Assembly: GCF_009914755.1 (NCBI RefSeq)
Contig: NC_060929.1
DNA length: 64,000 bases
Source of the DNA: the human T2T-CHM13v2.0 reference genome, Homo sapiens
Strand: one strand, 5' to 3'
Position numbers and translations under genes: made by a program. The notes beneath the pieces are model-generated. The model ran no database searches and was not told the origin of the DNA. It saw nothing but the letters and a program-made list of their open reading frames with translations. Shown piece after piece: positions 60,268 through 64,000 of this stretch (positions within the stretch are counted from its first letter, which is position 1; each line of letters begins with the position of its first letter).

Positions 60268-62590
60268 AAGAAATTATCGAACCTGAGGGGGTTGCAGATA
60301 CCCATGATTTGTAGTGAACTCAGACAGAAGTGTGGGTACCCTGAGGTCCTAATAGTTGTGGCTGGCATCTGAAGTAGGGGGCAGTCTTGGGGGCTGAGCC
60401 CCTAACCCGTGGGGTCTGCACTAACTCTGGTTAATTAGCATCAGAATTGAGTAAAATTGTAAGACACTCAGCTGCTGTCTGTGGAGAATTGGAGAATTGG
60501 TTGGTGGAAAACCCATATATTTGATGTCAGAAATGTGAGTAGAGAAATGGTTTTTCCTTGATAGGCTCTATGTAAATTTTAGTTCATGTTTTTGGTAATA
60601 AATACACAATATTACTGATTCTTAAAAGTATAAACCCAGGAAAATTAAGAAAACAAGAATGTCAAGTCCAACAGAGTTTAAAGGTAAAAAAAAATAAAAT
60701 AGAACAGAAATGGGACCAGTAGCACATAGAATATTTTAACACATTCTTGGAAAGTAGAAACTATATGGACTAGTAGTCAGGAAGGAAGCAGCTCAAGGAA
60801 ACCGCTTCCTGAATATGGAGTCTCCTATGAGAGACTATCTGCCCTATGGAGAAGCTTGGAGTAACTGCGGACACAGGATGCCAGATAGGAAGGAGGGCTG
60901 GAGTGACATGAAGGGCTGAAAATTGAGGGACTAATTGGAAGCCCGTGCACGGGACAGTCAGCTCTCTCTACCCCATGATCAGAATATTTGACACACAAGT
61001 GTTTACCCTGGGGCAAAAAATTACAGGAGTCTTCCCTGCTTCCCCCAAAATTGAACACATTGCTTTCTCTTAGCTGACCTAGAGAACCAGTGTGGGCACT
61101 GGCACCCCAAAACTAAGAATCCTTTTAAGAAATGGTGATTTTATGTCCAAGGAACGTTCCAAGTAAGTTTTCGGCTGCTAGCTTTGTCTTTACAAGTAAC
61201 GGGCCAGGCCCAGTGGCTCATGACTGTAATCCCAGCATTTTGGGGGACTGAGGTGGGCAAATGGCTTGAGGTCAAGAGTTCAAGACCAGCTTGGGCAACA
61301 TGGCGAAACCCTGTCTCTACTAGAAATACAAAAATTAGCCAGGTGTGGTGGTGCATGCCTGTAGTCCCAGCTATTGTGGGGCTGAGATGAGAGGATCACT
61401 TGAGCCTGGGAGGTAGAGGCTGCAGTGAACCGAGATTGTGCCACTGCACTCCAGTCTGGGTGACAAAGTGAGACCCCATCTCCAAAAACAAAACAAAACA
61501 AAAAAAACCCCAAGTAACTTGAAATCATTTTCTGAAATCTTTCTCTGACATTCTGACATTAGGGTAATTCTTGTTCTCCATAGAGTGAAAGGCTCAGGTT
61601 CAAGTCCCACTCCTGTGGCTCCTGATTTTTTAATGATTAGTTTGACCAATGTGTTTTTAAATGACTTAATTTTTAAACATGAGTTGAAAACCCAGGATCA
61701 CTACACATTTGAGGAAAGTTGATAATATGAAAAGTAAACACCAAGGTAAGTGGTAAAAACCTTTGAGGAAACATAATTCAGGAAACAGGAACTTAAACAT
61801 TAGTATCGTACAGCAGATTCAGGAAGATGGCACTGGTTAAAAAAATTGACACTATGAAAATAAGGCACAGAGAAAAGAAAGAGCTGTGGGAAATTATAAT
61901 TGCTGAAATTTTAAACTAGATTGGAGAGCCGGAATATAAAGGAGAGGACAGCTGGGTGCGGTGGCTCACACCTGTCATCCCAGCATTTTGGGAGGCTGAG
62001 GCCGGCAGATCACTTGAGCCCGGGAGTTTGAGACCAGCCTGGGCAACAAGGTGAGACCCCCATCTCTACACAAAATAAAATATAAAATCAGCTGTGCATG
62101 GTAGCACACGTCTGTAGTCCCAAAACTTGGGAGGCTAGGTGGGAGGATCACTTGAGTCCAGGAGGTGGTGGCTGCAGTGAGCTGTGATTGTGCCATTGCA
62201 CTCCAGCCTGGATGACAGAGCGAGACCCTTAGAAAGTAGGAAAAGAATATATGAAAAAAAAATAAGTGATCAATTAATTACTCACCTGAATAGTGGGAAT
62301 ACCAAAAGAGTAAAAAGAGAGTAACAGACAGTAGGAAGTTATCAAATAAATAATAGAAGGTAATTTCCCAGGCTTGATGGGAGACCCAAGAGCTCAGATT
62401 GAAAATGCCCATTGAATACCCAGCCCAATGAATGTAGAGAGGTCTACACTTAGGAGAAAAGATCCTAAAAGCTACCAGAAAGATAGAAACTGTTACTATA
62501 ACAGAAATAAGACACTAGCACCTTAACTATTAACCAATCTTAACAAACTAGAATAAAGGCCGGATGTGGTGGTTCATGCCTATAATCCTA

Positions 62591-62764
<174 letters not shown>

Positions 62765-62864
62765 TCATTACTCCTTTGGGGTCCTGATTAAATCCTGTTG
62801 ACTCAAGACCTTAGAGCATTTACTGGTAAAGTCTCTGACTGCGCGATTTTTTTTTGCATTTTAG

Positions 62865-62990
62865 TTCCTTAAATATTTTCTCACTGCTTCCTACTAAAGG
62901 ACGGACAGAGCATTTGTTCTTCAGCCACATACTTTCCTTCCACTGGCCAGCATTCTCCTCTATTAGACTAGAACTGTGGATAAACCTCAG
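62865..62990 (+). other. NAIP: NAIP-family 5' UTR exon preceding the ATG exon (gene or pseudogene copy; coding exons are not in the window)
   Basis: ttttag|TTCCTT acceptor; CAG|gtaagt donor; ...GAACTGTGGATAAACCTCAG is recognised as preceding the NAIP start codon. Confidence 0.8.
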
Positions 62991-64000
62991 GTAAGTAAAT
63001 TACTATCCCTGGCAAAGGTGCTTTTCTTCCACACCTAAACCTATGGTCCCTTCTTTGTCTTGCTATTGTTTCTCTCTTTGGAGGCAGGATGGTATGGAGG
63101 AAAGAGGACAGACACTGGAGTCACACAGACTTGGGTTTAAATCCTAGCTCCATGGCACAGTTGCCTCAATGGCACTCTTAGCACTGTAGTCAAAGAATAT
63201 TAGACCTGGAAAGGGCCTTGGAAATTACTTCTCCTCCCCCAGAAACAGCCTCTAGACTGGCATGATTGACCACCAAACTTCGTTGTGTCAGACAGGATCA
63301 ATGTCTGCTGGTCTGCTGCAACTCTGTACTCATTTATCTCTGGGGAGGCCTGAAGCCTTGGTGCTGTTCCTTGGCCAAACCTAAATGAAATGTACTAGCC
63401 AGTGATTAATAGAGTCCTGTGCTGGGGTGGGAGACAGACCAGGGAGCAGCCTGTTTCTTGCTTCTTTCTTTCTTTTTGGAGATGAAATCTCATTGGCTTT
63501 GAACTTCTGGGCTCAAGTGATCCTCCCACTTCAGCCTCCCAAGTAGCTGGGATTACAGGTGCATGCCACTGCCCCAGCTTGACTATACCAGCTTGTTTCT
63601 GGTTTTGAGCCCTGGTATGCAAGCTAGTGTTGGCTACCTGATCAGAGGAGTATAAAAGAGCCTCAGATGAGGTTACAGTTCTCTTGAGACCAAGGTGTCT
63701 TGCATGTATCATCTAGCTGGTTCATTGCTTAAAGATGAAGCACATCTTCCACATCCTCTGTGGCTGCAAAAGGACCCTAGGAACTGGGTGTGGTGTTTCA
63801 CTTGCCTTTTGGTTTGTTGGGTTTTTTTTTTTTGTATCTATCCTTTACCTTTATTAAAGCCTTATGTGAGGATACTATGCGGAGTCTTCTAAGTCTTTTC
63901 AATGATCCAAACCTGTGTAATTGATGAAGAGGGTACTGTGAATAGGATCATTACTTTTTTTTTGTTTTTGAGACAGGGTCTCTCTCACTCTGTCACCCAA

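Larger units (their letters stand above)
58494..60560 (+). mobile_element. MER21-type (probably MER21C) solo LTR interrupted by an ERV insert
   Basis: Begins TGTGATATAATAAA; CCAAT box near 58845; AATAAA at 59047; LTR sequence resumes after 60268; right end approximate. Confidence 0.75.

Overview
Human genomic DNA from the 5q13 (SMA-region) segmental-duplication block. All three genes lie on the + strand. The window holds the last four exons and 3' UTR of occludin (OCLN) and a complete GTF2H2-family gene (TFIIH p44). The p44 gene has 15 coding exons that splice to an intact 395-aa ORF; residues E133/M151/L236 suggest the GTF2H2C paralog. It also holds the non-coding 5' exons of a NAIP-family copy, which start inside a composite LTR. 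The rest is dense in Alu, L1, L2/MIR and Tigger/MER repeats, and nearly all ORFs in the supplied track are repeat artefacts. The most notable structure is at 58.5-60.6 kb. An ERV RNA copy (R-U5-PBS...U3-R, with an 18-bp target-site duplication) sits inside a MER21-type LTR. Together the two elements supply a consensus U12 (minor-spliceosome) 5' splice site and branch point, and the 208-nt intron between them would remove the LTR poly(A) signal from the NAIP 5' UTR. Gene and repeat names come from recognition, not from database searches.
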